Translations under genes and position numbers: made by a program
Shown: piece by piece, positions 1-9,953 of the stretch
Position numbering within the stretch: position 1 is the stretch's first letter
How the letters are laid out: every line of letters begins with the position of its first letter
Assembly: GCA_037139495.1 (NCBI GenBank)
Contig: JBAXGG010000001.1
Location: 3,025 to 67,024 of the forward strand
Direction of reading: 5' to 3'
Length of the DNA stretch: 64,000 bases
Origin: Candidatus Saccharimonadota bacterium
GTDB taxonomy: Bacteria; Patescibacteriota; Saccharimonadia; Saccharimonadales; JAUPVS01
Notes under the pieces: model-generated
What the model was told of the DNA's origin: nothing
Database searches by the model: none
Seen by the model: only the letters and a program-made list of their open reading frames with translations

Positions 1-45
1 TAGAAATGAGCACTGACTGACCGCTCGATCTCGGTAACAATAAGG

Positions 46-75
46 ACCCCTGGCTAACCCCAGGGGTTTTCTTTT
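46..75 (+). terminator. Intrinsic terminator of an upstream transcript
   Basis: ACCCCTGG/CCAGGGGT stem followed by a T-rich tract. Confidence 0.75.
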
Positions 76-133
76 GGCCTCTGTTATGGTACAATTTTGC
101 GGTTGTAGCAAGCGTTACATATTCCTCGCTCAT

Positions 134-208
134 GGTCTCATCGTCTAACGGTTAGGACACCGGGTTTTCATCCCGGCAATAGGAGTTCGATTCTCCTTGA
201 GATCACCA
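134..208 (+). tRNA. tRNA-Glu(TTC)
   Basis: Cloverleaf; anticodon arm CCGGG-TT-TTC-AT-CCCGG, GTTCGA T-loop, encoded CCA; TGGTACAAT promoter upstream. Confidence 0.97.
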
Positions 209-216
209 GTCTAAGC

Positions 217-239
217 GCCCCACTTTAGGTGGGGTTTTT
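217..239 (+). terminator. Terminator after tRNA-Glu
   Basis: GCCCCAC/GTGGGGT stem plus T run. Confidence 0.75.
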
Positions 240-251
240 AGATTCTTGTAT

Positions 252-1034
252 TCACGCTTTGAGTATCTTCTTTAGGCGGGCGTTGTTGATCTTTATAGTC
301 TGTCCATTGAGTCTGCCAAGAAAGTAGTCACTGTAACGAAAAGCGAGTTGGTTGGCCCAGCCTAGGGCTATTGCCCAGCAGAAAATTGCCCAGCTTAATA
401 GTATGACTATGCCGCTCACAACCTGAATCACAGAAGTGGTGTCGGCTACTTGTAGTAAAATATTTGACGGCAAAAAAGCAAGTAATAGGGCTAAGGTTGC
501 TGACAAATAAGAAATTAGTAGGAATATCCCGTATTCAACAAGCCGAACTCGGTCGTGGCGCATTTTCCATAGCGAGGCGGGTTTATAGACCCAAACAACC
601 GAGACGATGTTGCCCAGTCCCAGGCTTATTATAACGGCGATTATAGCTAGCAAGATCGCAAACCAGTAGCTATTCCAGTCGTTTATAACCCAACAGGTGA
701 ATGTTATTAAAGCTAAATCAATCGGTATGGCTATAATTAGCAAGGCTAAGTTCTTGTAAAGGAACAAACTTTTAAGTGAGCGGCCTTTAGCAGCACGCTT
801 TAAAACCTTGTCGGCGTCAGCACCTAGTTGCGAGGCGTTATAGAAAGCCAAACTCCAGATAAATATATTGGCGGCTGCGTAAGGTAATCCCCGGTGATAG
901 GTGTGAATCAAAACACCGATCGTTATGCCGGCCAGCGTCCCGGCGGCCGAAAGTAGCAAATTTAGTGGCAGGCGCCACGGCCGAGCTAATGCCCGACCGA
1001 GTTCTTCGTTTAGTAGACTTACTTTGAAGGCCAT
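252..1034 (-). CDS. Multi-pass membrane protein, ABC-2 permease-like, function unknown
   Basis: 260 aa with about 6 hydrophobic segments; last gene of a 3-gene minus-strand run. Confidence 0.7.
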   Translation of the reverse strand: MAFKVSLLNEELGRALARPWRLPLNLLLSAAGTLAGITIGVLIHTYHRGLPYAAANIFIWSLAFYNASQLGADADKVLKRAAKGRSLKSLFLYKNLALLIIAIPIDLALITFTCWVINDWNSYWFAILLAIIAVIISLGLGNIVSVVWVYKPASLWKMRHDRVRLVEYGIFLLISYLSATLALLLAFLPSNILLQVADTTSVIQVVSGIVILLSWAIFCWAIALGWANQLAFRYSDYFLGRLNGQTIKINNARLKKILKA

Positions 1035-1045
1035 GAAGGCTTAAC

Positions 1046-1861
1046 TTAGACGTCGGTACTGCCGAAAGCAGCTTTGAGAGTATCGCGGGCAGTTTTAGCC
1101 GTAGCTTGAAAAGTAGCATCATTGGCTTTGACGGCAGCGTTTCGTGTTTCGGCCAATGCCTTAACAGTCGCTCCAATGCCTGTGTCAGACTTACGATTGG
1201 CTGTAAAGCTTTCTCGGGCTGTTTTAAGCGCGGCTTTGAGAGTTGTTCTAATGTTGGCCGAATCGGCAGGGTTAGCACTACAGCTGGCCTTAGCGGTGGC
1301 TAGGGCGGCACTGACGGCAGCCGTGAAGCTGCTTGTTTGGTTAGTAACACTAGCTTTTTGAGCGGCAATTGCGCTGTCAACTCCAGCACGGAAAGTGGTT
1401 CGAGCTGCATCATTAGCTTTACGACGGGCAGTTACGGCATTAGTAATGGTAGTTTCGTAGGCTTTGACGGCGGCTACTTGGACGGAAGTTGTCGCTTTGG
1501 CCTCTAGTTTAGTAAAGCTAGCTTGACGCTCTGTGTCGTTTTTAGTTCGGCTGTCGGCGAGTTCTTGGTCCCATTTGGAACGATCACCAGTAATATCTTT
1601 GGTTCGTTGAGTTTCGGCCGTATCTTTTTTTTCTTTTTTGTCAGACAAGCCCTTTTCGATTTCGGCTTTGCCACTGGCTAACTTAGCACAAAAATCAGAG
1701 CCGGAGCCCGATTTTTCGGTGCTAGCGGCCGTTGGCGTTGGCTTTGTTACAGTTTCGTTACTGTCACGTGCATAAACTGCTACCGGGGCGCTAACTGCGA
1801 ACAGTAATGTCAACGATAAGCTAGCGTAACCAAGCCGAATGAATTTAGAGAGACGATTCAT
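1046..1861 (-). CDS. Secreted Ala/Lys/Thr-rich helical (coiled-coil) protein
   Basis: Signal peptide ending VYA, helical low-complexity body, two Cys; overlaps upstream gene. Confidence 0.75.
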   Translation of the reverse strand: MNRLSKFIRLGYASLSLTLLFAVSAPVAVYARDSNETVTKPTPTAASTEKSGSGSDFCAKLASGKAEIEKGLSDKKEKKDTAETQRTKDITGDRSKWDQELADSRTKNDTERQASFTKLEAKATTSVQVAAVKAYETTITNAVTARRKANDAARTTFRAGVDSAIAAQKASVTNQTSSFTAAVSAALATAKASCSANPADSANIRTTLKAALKTARESFTANRKSDTGIGATVKALAETRNAAVKANDATFQATAKTARDTLKAAFGSTDV

Positions 1862-2177
1862 TGTAAGCTCCTCCTATATTGGCAGCTGCCGAACTAGTAC
1901 TTTGAGCAGCGGTGCCTTCGCTAGCAGTATGTTTTTGATCAATTGTTGATTCGCTACTGGCATCTTTAGAAACCAAGCTATCGATACTGGCAGTTGTGCC
2001 GGCAGCAATTGGTGCGGCGAACTGACTTTTAACGGTCGTAGATGCGGTGCTATTTGTACTAGAGGTAGACTTATTTTTACGCTGGAAAAACATGAATCCA
2101 AGACCAGCTAAGAGGGCGATTACCACTACAATCACCACCAGCTCAATCGCCGAGAATCCTTCCTGATTATTTTTCAT
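1845..2177 (-). CDS. Type IV pilin-like protein (class III signal peptide)
   Basis: N-terminus MKNNQEG|FSAIELVVIVVVIALLAGLGF matches G|FxxxE prepilin motif; Ser/Thr-rich tail. Confidence 0.75.
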   Translation of the reverse strand: MKNNQEGFSAIELVVIVVVIALLAGLGFMFFQRKNKSTSSTNSTASTTVKSQFAAPIAAGTTASIDSLVSKDASSESTIDQKHTASEGTAAQSTSSAAANIGGAYNESSL

Positions 2178-2222
2178 TAGGTACCTTTCTATATTTATAA
2201 ATTTATTATATAACGCTTGTGG

Positions 2223-3605
2223 CTAGGATACTATAGCGTAGATGGCAGCGATTCCGGCCGCACCCATTAGTGCCGTAACCATCCAGCCCATCACAGTTAC
2301 CGAGCGACTGTTAGCCCACTCGCCCATAATCTTCTTGTTACTGCTAATTAAAACAATCAATAATATAACAACAGGGGCAACTATACCATTTGCGACAGCC
2401 GAGTAAATCAGCGCTTTGATGGGGTCAAGGCCGATAAAGTTCAAGCCTAGTCCGACGAACATCGAAATAATAATGATGCCGTAAAAGGCGTGAGCCTGCT
2501 TCAGTTTAGAATTGAGACCCTCCTTCCACAGGAAGCTCTCCGAGAAGGCATAGCTGGTTGAACCGGCCAAAACGGGAATTGCCAGCAAACCGGTACCGAT
2601 AATACCAACGGCGAATAGTAGGAAAGTGGCATTTCCAGCGAACGGTCTTAAAGCCTCTGCAGCCTGTGCAGCCGAAGTTATCGTGGTAATTCCGTGTGGG
2701 AATAAAACCGCTCCACAAGCGGCGATAATAAAAAACATCACTACGTTAGATAGCAGCATGCCCGACCAAACATCGATTCGCATACTTTTTACGTCAGACT
2801 TACTAGCTCCCTGTCGGGATACGACGGTAGTCTTACCCTGGACAATCTGTTCTTCAACTTCTTGGGAGGTTTGCCAGAAGAATAGGTACGGCGAGATGGT
2901 AGTACCCAGGATAGCGCAAATTAACAGCATTTGCTCTTTGCTCCAGGTCATATGTGGGATAAATGAGTGATGCAAAACATCTGTCCAATTGATATGGGCA
3001 AGCAAAGCCGACCCAACGTAAGCAAACAACACCATCGCCAACCATTTTAGGTATTTAGCGTAACGAGCGTAAGGTGTAAAAATCTGTAGACCTAGGCTAA
3101 CGACCGTAAAGCCAATAACCAGCATTGGAAAATTCAGGCTTGGTTGTAAGAGTTGTGCACCTTTGGCCATGGCGCCTAAGTCGGCACCAATGTTAAAAGC
3201 GTTAGCTGCAAATAATAGTAAGGTGCAGGCGTAAAGGACTCTCCTTGAAAAGTTCTTACGAATTGAGCCGGCTAGACCGCGGCCAGTCACTAAACCGATC
3301 CGGGCGCACATTTCTTGAACCAGGGACATCAAGGGGAAGGTAAATATAGCCATCCAAAGCAGCTGGAAGCCGTATTGAGCTCCAGCCTGAGAATAAGTGG
3401 CAATCCCAGATGGGTCATCGTCGGATGCACCGGTAGTAAGGCCGGGCCCGAGCATGTGCCAATAATCTTTGCCTTTTTTTAACATGTTAGGCGTGGCGGG
3501 TAGGTTGTGGCTTAGCTGTTGGCTAATTTGCTGACCAGCTGCAACGCCTTTATCTAATATTTGGGCGGGCGCTTCGGCGCTTTTCTGGAGTATATTTTTA
3601 TTCAT
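2223..3605 (-). CDS. NRAMP-family divalent metal transporter
   Basis: LGPGLTTGASDDDPSGIATYSQAGA and ILGTTISPYLFFWQ motifs, about 11 TM segments. Confidence 0.92.
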   Translation of the reverse strand: MNKNILQKSAEAPAQILDKGVAAGQQISQQLSHNLPATPNMLKKGKDYWHMLGPGLTTGASDDDPSGIATYSQAGAQYGFQLLWMAIFTFPLMSLVQEMCARIGLVTGRGLAGSIRKNFSRRVLYACTLLLFAANAFNIGADLGAMAKGAQLLQPSLNFPMLVIGFTVVSLGLQIFTPYARYAKYLKWLAMVLFAYVGSALLAHINWTDVLHHSFIPHMTWSKEQMLLICAILGTTISPYLFFWQTSQEVEEQIVQGKTTVVSRQGASKSDVKSMRIDVWSGMLLSNVVMFFIIAACGAVLFPHGITTITSAAQAAEALRPFAGNATFLLFAVGIIGTGLLAIPVLAGSTSYAFSESFLWKEGLNSKLKQAHAFYGIIIISMFVGLGLNFIGLDPIKALIYSAVANGIVAPVVILLIVLISSNKKIMGEWANSRSVTVMGWMVTALMGAAGIAAIYAIVS

Positions 3606-3680
3606 GTAAGTTAGTACTTAAGCTTAATTATATGCAAACCTCTAGTATCTGCAACCATAAGCAAGTAAAATTGATAAGTA

Positions 3681-5111
3681 ATGGATACTACTAGTCAGGT
3701 GCCTAAGGTGCCCCTATCTAAATTTAAGCGGACAAAGATCATTGCTACGGTCGGTCCGTCAACGAATAGTTACTCGGCTATCTTAGGATTAATTACAGCT
3801 GGCGCCAATGGTATTCGGCTTAATTTTGCCCACGGTAATCACGAGGAACGTAAGGCTCAAATTACTTGGATTCGTAATGCCGCCAAAAGTTATGGTAAGC
3901 CAGTGGCAATCATCCAAGATCTACAAGGTCCAAAAATGCGGCTCGGTGACTTCGACGGCATCATTAATGTCCGCAAAGGCCAGAGTCTGCAATTCGCCTA
4001 CCTTGCTGATATGGAGAGGTCAGGCATTATTCCCTTGCAGTATGACCTTAGCAAAAAGGTTAAGAGGGGCGAAAAACTATATCTTTATGACGGGAAAGTC
4101 CGGACAACTATTACTAGTGTTAAGGACGGGGTTATCCATGTCGAAGCGGAGAATGACGGTATTTTAATCAAGCGCAATGGCGTAAATCTACCGGACACCG
4201 ACTTTGAGGGCGATATTATTACCGCTAAAGACAAAAAAGACCTAGCCTTCGGCTCTATTCATGATATCGATTACGTAGCCCTCAGTTTTGTCCAAAATTC
4301 CGCTGACATCGAACGGCTTCGCAAACAGCTCAAAACTTTAGGTAGTAGTGCAAAAATTATCGCCAAGATAGAAACGAAAGCCTCTGTCGACAACCTCGAA
4401 TCTATTATTGAAGCTTCCGACGCCGTAATGGTGGCCCGTGGTGACCTAGCACTAGAAACATCCGCCGAAGCCGTGCCGGTTGTCCAGCGTATGATAATAG
4501 GGCTGGGACTAGCTCATAGCAAGCCAACCATAGTCGCAACACAAATGCTGGCTAGTATGACAGAGATGCCAGAACCCACTAGAGCCGAAGTTTCTGATGT
4601 CGCTACCGCAGTTATTATTGGCGCCGATTGTGTGATGCTAAGCGACGAGACGGCTAATGGCCAATACCCAATAGAAGCTGTTGAGGTTATGAAACGAGTA
4701 ACTACCTATACCGAAATTAATAACCCATTAACGGTTCTATTTCCCCGCCAGCCAGATAATACCCGCCAGGGTGCAGTCTGTTCGGCAGTAATTAAACTGG
4801 CTGAAAGCCTGCCAGCTAATGCTATTGTTGCCGAAACTCATTCTGGGGCAGTTGCCCTAGAGATAGCAACTCGCCGCCCGACTGTTCCATTGATTGCAGT
4901 GACGGCCGACCCGCGGGTTGCACAGCAACTGGCGATTGTCTTTGGCGTTAAAGCCTACATACGTCCTTCTGACCGTTTAGCAGCTACAAAATTGACCAAT
5001 TGGCTGTTGCAGGCCAAGGTACTTAGTAAGGGTGATATCGTGGTGACGGCTTCTGGTAAGCACCCGGGAGTAGTCGGGACAACAGATACAATTAAGATAA
5101 GAGTACTATAG
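3681..5111 (+). CDS. pyk: Pyruvate kinase
   Basis: RTKIIATVGP, DLQGPKMR, AKIE, MVARGDL, VATQMLASM, PTRAEVSDV, MLSDETA. Confidence 0.97.
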   Translation: MDTTSQVPKVPLSKFKRTKIIATVGPSTNSYSAILGLITAGANGIRLNFAHGNHEERKAQITWIRNAAKSYGKPVAIIQDLQGPKMRLGDFDGIINVRKGQSLQFAYLADMERSGIIPLQYDLSKKVKRGEKLYLYDGKVRTTITSVKDGVIHVEAENDGILIKRNGVNLPDTDFEGDIITAKDKKDLAFGSIHDIDYVALSFVQNSADIERLRKQLKTLGSSAKIIAKIETKASVDNLESIIEASDAVMVARGDLALETSAEAVPVVQRMIIGLGLAHSKPTIVATQMLASMTEMPEPTRAEVSDVATAVIIGADCVMLSDETANGQYPIEAVEVMKRVTTYTEINNPLTVLFPRQPDNTRQGAVCSAVIKLAESLPANAIVAETHSGAVALEIATRRPTVPLIAVTADPRVAQQLAIVFGVKAYIRPSDRLAATKLTNWLLQAKVLSKGDIVVTASGKHPGVVGTTDTIKIRVL

Positions 5112-5124
5112 CGATTGGGGTGGG

Positions 5125-6420
5125 ATGAGTTTTACTAAGCTGACAATTCGTGATGTTGATCTGAAAGACAAGCTGGTACTGCTTAGAACAGACTTTAATG
5201 TGCCAATTAGAGCTGATGGCAAAATAGCCGACGATTTTCGTATTCGCCAATCTATTCCAACCATTCAATACTTGGTCAAAGAAGGCTGCAAAGTAGTAAT
5301 TGTTTCTCATATGGGTCGCCCAAAAAGTAAGCGTGATAAACATCTGAGCCTCCGACCCGTCGCTCATCATCTTAAGCAGTTGCTCGGTCAGCCAATAGCT
5401 TTCGCCGAAGATTGTATCGGCCCAATCGCCGAAAAAGCTGCTGCTAAGCTAGGTGTTGGGGATGTACTACTACTAGAAAACCTCCGTTTTCACCCAGAAG
5501 AAGAAGCCAACGATAAACTTTTTGCTCAAGCACTGGGCCGACTGGGCAAAGTCTTTGTTGAGGATGGTTTTGGTGTTGTACACCGGGCTCATGCTTCCAC
5601 AGAAGGCGTTACTCATTTCTTGCCGAGTGTGGCTGGACTATTGTTAGAAAAAGAGGTCACTACCCTGGACGGTGTTATGAGCGAACCAAAACGGCCGTTA
5701 ATGACTATTATCGGTGGCGCCAAGATTGCAGATAAGATCACCGTCATCAAGTGTTTTATTGAGGTTGCCGATTTTGTGGTAATTGGCGGCGCTATGGCTA
5801 ATACCTTTTTGCTAGCTCAAGGTGTTGATACCGGTAAAAGTATCACCGAACCAGACGAAATTCCGCTCGCCAAGGAGCTCATGGAACTGGCTCGGGCTAA
5901 AGCTGCCAAAGGCTCATTTGTGTTTTATATCCCTCAAGACGGCGTGGTTGCTACTTCAATAGATAAACGTGCTCATACTCGGATTGTGGATTGGCAGGCT
6001 CATATTATTGCTGACGTCGAAAACTACCCTAAGCGTCCGCCTCGCGAGGCAAGCAAAATTAAATCCAACGAACTTATCTTGGATATCGGGCCGTTCTCGG
6101 GTGCCTTTATAGCCGGTGGTATGCAGCTGGCCAGCACAGTTGTTTGGAACGGCGCACTCGGCGTTACTGAAGTCAGCCCACTAGGCGGTCTCGGTCCAGT
6201 CGGTCCTTTTTCTCATGGTACCGAGCTAGTAGTTGAAGCTATGCTAGGTCAGTTTGGTCATCGCCCCTATAGCATTGTTGGTGGTGGTGATACTGTCAGC
6301 TACGTCGAGAGTCGCAAGCTAACAGATAGCTTTAACCATGTTTCCACTGGGGGTGGCGCAAGCTTAGAGCTTATGAGTGGCAAAAAACTACCTGGCATTG
6401 AGGCCTTAAAGAATAAATAA
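5125..6420 (+). CDS. pgk: Phosphoglycerate kinase
   Basis: RTDFNVP, SHMGRP, LLENLRF, HRAHAS, GGAKIADK, GGGDT, HVSTGGGASLE. Confidence 0.97.
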   Translation: MSFTKLTIRDVDLKDKLVLLRTDFNVPIRADGKIADDFRIRQSIPTIQYLVKEGCKVVIVSHMGRPKSKRDKHLSLRPVAHHLKQLLGQPIAFAEDCIGPIAEKAAAKLGVGDVLLLENLRFHPEEEANDKLFAQALGRLGKVFVEDGFGVVHRAHASTEGVTHFLPSVAGLLLEKEVTTLDGVMSEPKRPLMTIIGGAKIADKITVIKCFIEVADFVVIGGAMANTFLLAQGVDTGKSITEPDEIPLAKELMELARAKAAKGSFVFYIPQDGVVATSIDKRAHTRIVDWQAHIIADVENYPKRPPREASKIKSNELILDIGPFSGAFIAGGMQLASTVVWNGALGVTEVSPLGGLGPVGPFSHGTELVVEAMLGQFGHRPYSIVGGGDTVSYVESRKLTDSFNHVSTGGGASLELMSGKKLPGIEALKNK

Positions 6421-6443
6421 GGTACAATTTAAGCATAAACATT

Positions 6444-7235
6444 ATGAATGACAAGCGAACCCTAATAGTCGGAAACTGGAAGATGAACCTGAATGTCAGC
6501 CAGGCTAGCTTGCTGCTGCACCGTTTGCAGGAGCGCATCCGGATCAGTAATGACATCGAGGTAGTTTTAGCGCCAAGCATGTTAGTTTTGCAGCCATTGT
6601 CGATTCGCTTGGATCGCCGTAAGTTTCGTCTGGCCGCTCAGAATGCTCTTGATAAAGACGAGGGCGCTTACACTGGCGAGGTTTCCTTTGCTATGCTGCG
6701 GGAATTAGTCCATTACGTAATTATTGGACATTCCGAACGACGAATTTACTTTAACGAAACCCTACCGATTATCTGTAATAAAGTTGCCGCCTGCGTTCGC
6801 AATGAAATCACACCTATATTATGTGTTGGCGAAACCAAAGAAGAACGTAAGAATGGCGAGACTAAACAAGTCTTGCATGACCAAGTGAGTACAGCCTTGG
6901 CTGACTTAACAGCTCGAGAAGTTCAGGATATCGTGATTGCTTATGAGCCAGTTTGGGCTATCAGTACTTTTGGGGGCATTTTGGCTAAACCTCATGAAAT
7001 TCAGGTAGAAATGGCTTACATCAGGGACCAAGTTAAGCTATTGTACGGGCCCAAAGCCGCCAAGAGCGTTAGGATTTTGTACGGCGGTAGCGTTGATGAT
7101 CAAATAGCGCCCGGCTATTTGGCGATTCCTGGTTGCGACGGTGTTTTAGTTGGCGGTGCCAGCATCAATTATCACAAATTTTCCGGTATCACCGATGCCG
7201 CTTACCGTTTAAATCGTACGCCTGAATCATTATAA
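6444..7235 (+). CDS. tpiA: Triosephosphate isomerase
   Basis: GNWKMN, GHSERR, AYEPVWAI, YGGSV, LVGGAS. Confidence 0.96.
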   Translation: MNDKRTLIVGNWKMNLNVSQASLLLHRLQERIRISNDIEVVLAPSMLVLQPLSIRLDRRKFRLAAQNALDKDEGAYTGEVSFAMLRELVHYVIIGHSERRIYFNETLPIICNKVAACVRNEITPILCVGETKEERKNGETKQVLHDQVSTALADLTAREVQDIVIAYEPVWAISTFGGILAKPHEIQVEMAYIRDQVKLLYGPKAAKSVRILYGGSVDDQIAPGYLAIPGCDGVLVGGASINYHKFSGITDAAYRLNRTPESL

Positions 7236-7277
7236 ATTACCACAGACAGCCTGGGCTCCCGCTGGTATAATAATTAT

Positions 7278-9440
7278 GTGTTAGAAGACGTACTGTTAGG
7301 GTTAAATCCAGAGCAACAAAAGGCCGTTCAAACAACCGAAGGGCCTCTATTAATATTGGCTGGGGCGGGAAGTGGGAAAACCAAAACCTTAACCCACCGT
7401 ATTGCCTATATTATTGCTACTAATAAAGCCACACCCTTCAATATTCTCTCGGTAACTTTTACCAACAAAGCGGCTGGCGAAATGCGCGAAAGAGTTGCGC
7501 ATTTGCTTGGTGCCCGCGCTGACGACCGTACCTTCATGCCCTACATGGGTACCTTCCACAGTATTTGCGTCCGATTATTGCGACAAGATGGCGAAGCCAT
7601 CAATATCCCCCGAAACTTTGTTATTTTTGATGAAGGCGATCGCCAGTCGACCGTTAAGCGAATCACCAAACAACTGCACATCGACGAGAAAGCCTTCCCG
7701 CCGCGCGTTATCGGAAGTTTAATCAGTAGTGCTAAAAATGAGCTGTTAACTCCGCAACAGTACGCCGGCACCGCCAATAGCCCAGCCCAAAAAGTAGCCG
7801 CTCAAGTCTTTCCGATGTACCAATCGGAGCTACGTAATGCCATGGCGCTGGACTTTGACGATCTAATTAGCCGCACCGTGTCCCTCATGGAAACGCAGCC
7901 CGAAGTGCGTAAAAAATGGCAGCAACAGTTTAAATATGTAATGATCGACGAATACCAGGACACCAACGCCGCTCAATACAAATTAATTAAGTTGTTAACT
8001 AACGAAAATAATAACGTTGCTGTAGTTGGAGATGATTTTCAATCGATTTATTCGTGGAGGGGTGCCGATTTTCGTAACATTCTGAACTTCGAGAAGGACT
8101 ACAAAAACTGCACAGTTGTTAAGCTCGAGCAAAATTATCGAAGCACCAAAGCCATCCTAGACGCCGCCCAAGCCGTGATCATGCATAACCAGCAACGTTC
8201 CGACAAAAAGCTTTGGACCGATGCTGGCAATGGTGCACCGGTGCAGATTGTACCAGTTGGTAGTGAGCGGGCCGAGGGCGAAGCCATCGTTCGCCGGATT
8301 CGGACAATGACCGATATTAAAGTTCGTGACTATCGTGACTTCGCTATTTTATACCGTACCAATGCCCAGAGCCGTTCAATCGAGGAGACTTTTATTCACT
8401 ACGGTATCCCATACCGGATTGTCGGTGGTCAACGTTTTTATGACCGCAAAGAAATCAAAGATATCGTCGCCTACCTGCGTCTTATTTATCAGCCCGAAGA
8501 CCGAGCCAGCTTTGATCGAATTGTTAATGTGCCAACGCGCGGCATCGGCGCCAAGTCATTACAGAACTTCCAGGAATGGCAGGCTCAAAACGGGTTAAAT
8601 CTAGAGCAGGCTTTACAGGAAGTCACGACCTGCAATACCCTAACCGCTAAAGCCCGCCAAGGCTTGAGCGAGCTTGCGGACATTATTCAAGCTGCCCGCA
8701 ATTTAATGGAAGCAACACCACTGCCAGCTTTACTTGATTCGCTGACTCGACGCCTAGATTACATGAGCTTTTTAAGTGACGGGACGCCCCAGGGCGAATC
8801 GCGTCAGGAAAACGTTAAAGAACTTTTGAGTGTCGCCCAGTCTTATCAAGAAGTTGGCCTGGCTGGATTTTTAGAGGAAGTCTCCTTAATTAGCGACCTA
8901 GATAGCTGGGAGAGTAATGGTAACGCCGTTACTTTGATGACCTTACATGCTGCCAAAGGCCTGGAATTCCCAGTTGTCTTTATGACTGGCCTGGAGGAAA
9001 CCATTTTTCCGCACTCCCGAGCGCTTTATGATCAGTCGGAGATGGAAGAGGAGCGACGTCTCTGCTACGTTGGTATGACTCGGGCCAGGGAAGAGCTGTT
9101 CTTAACCTACGCCAGTAGTCGCTTATTGTACGGTGGTATGCAGCACAATCCGCCTAGCCGTTTTTTGAGTGAAATCGATGGCAAAGTCCAAACTGCGCCA
9201 GCCAGTAGTGGTTTCAGCCGACCAAACCCTTTTGCAAATGACGGCGAAACCCAATACACAATTGTAGATGACGAGCCTCAATATATACCCGAACTTAACG
9301 AAGGTGACAATGTTAAACACAGCGTCTTTGGTCTTGGTACAGTGCTAGAAATGGACGGCGAAAACGCTACCATCTACTTCAAAGGTAAAGGCACTAAAAA
9401 ACTTAACGTGGCCTTTGCGCCACTTGAAAAAGTAGAATGA
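7278..9440 (+). CDS. pcrA: UvrD/PcrA ATP-dependent DNA helicase
   Basis: AGAGSGKT, TFTNKAA, DEYQDTN, LEQNYRS, TLHAAKGLEF, EEERRLCYVGMTRA; C-terminal Tudor-like domain. Confidence 0.96.
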   Translation: MLEDVLLGLNPEQQKAVQTTEGPLLILAGAGSGKTKTLTHRIAYIIATNKATPFNILSVTFTNKAAGEMRERVAHLLGARADDRTFMPYMGTFHSICVRLLRQDGEAINIPRNFVIFDEGDRQSTVKRITKQLHIDEKAFPPRVIGSLISSAKNELLTPQQYAGTANSPAQKVAAQVFPMYQSELRNAMALDFDDLISRTVSLMETQPEVRKKWQQQFKYVMIDEYQDTNAAQYKLIKLLTNENNNVAVVGDDFQSIYSWRGADFRNILNFEKDYKNCTVVKLEQNYRSTKAILDAAQAVIMHNQQRSDKKLWTDAGNGAPVQIVPVGSERAEGEAIVRRIRTMTDIKVRDYRDFAILYRTNAQSRSIEETFIHYGIPYRIVGGQRFYDRKEIKDIVAYLRLIYQPEDRASFDRIVNVPTRGIGAKSLQNFQEWQAQNGLNLEQALQEVTTCNTLTAKARQGLSELADIIQAARNLMEATPLPALLDSLTRRLDYMSFLSDGTPQGESRQENVKELLSVAQSYQEVGLAGFLEEVSLISDLDSWESNGNAVTLMTLHAAKGLEFPVVFMTGLEETIFPHSRALYDQSEMEEERRLCYVGMTRAREELFLTYASSRLLYGGMQHNPPSRFLSEIDGKVQTAPASSGFSRPNPFANDGETQYTIVDDEPQYIPELNEGDNVKHSVFGLGTVLEMDGENATIYFKGKGTKKLNVAFAPLEKVE

Positions 9441-9898
9441 AAAGTCTCGGTACATTAACTTTTTGGCTAGTTTATCCGGCGCTATGGATCTATTTAAAAA
9501 TTGGCAGCCGGACGAGGGTTTTAGTTATTGTTGACGATTCAGTACTAGTTTTAAAAAGCTGGTTAGGCCCGGGCCAGTGGGGCTTGCCAGGCGGAGGTCT
9601 ACATCGGGGTGAAGAACCGGCTGTTGGCGCTAGCCGTGAACTACAGGAGGAGACCGGAATAAAAGTCTCGCCTGAAGATTTGAAGTATCTCTATGAAGGG
9701 CAGGCAAATATAAAAGGGCTAAGGTTTAGGTACTCTTGTTATTACCTGGTACTTACCAAACGCCCAAATATTAAAAAGCAAGCTCTGGAAATAGCTAAAG
9801 TAGCCTGGCTACCCCTGAAATCAGTTAGCCTGGTTAGCGCTAATGCAGAAACTTACCAAGCCGCCCAGACTTTGTTGAAACAGCCAAATTTGCTATAA
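9437..9898 (+). CDS. NUDIX hydrolase
   Basis: Nudix box GGGLHRGEEPAVGASRELQEETG; start overlaps the pcrA stop. Confidence 0.88.
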   Translation: MKSLGTLTFWLVYPALWIYLKIGSRTRVLVIVDDSVLVLKSWLGPGQWGLPGGGLHRGEEPAVGASRELQEETGIKVSPEDLKYLYEGQANIKGLRFRYSCYYLVLTKRPNIKKQALEIAKVAWLPLKSVSLVSANAETYQAAQTLLKQPNLL

Positions 9899-9953
9899 TT
9901 AGAGAAGCTATTTTTTGGTGAAGTGACCTGATTACGATTTATAGCTACAATCT

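Noticed and set aside
1-40. Possible 3' end of 23S rRNA or another RNA before the terminator
   Set aside because: Too short to assign; it could equally be a CDS end (...EMSTD* at 3-20).
838-1361. Alternative-frame and antisense ORFs here and throughout the ORF track (e.g. 17126-17566, 31632-32156, 34793-35257)
   Set aside because: They lie within well-supported genes and show no motifs or start signals.
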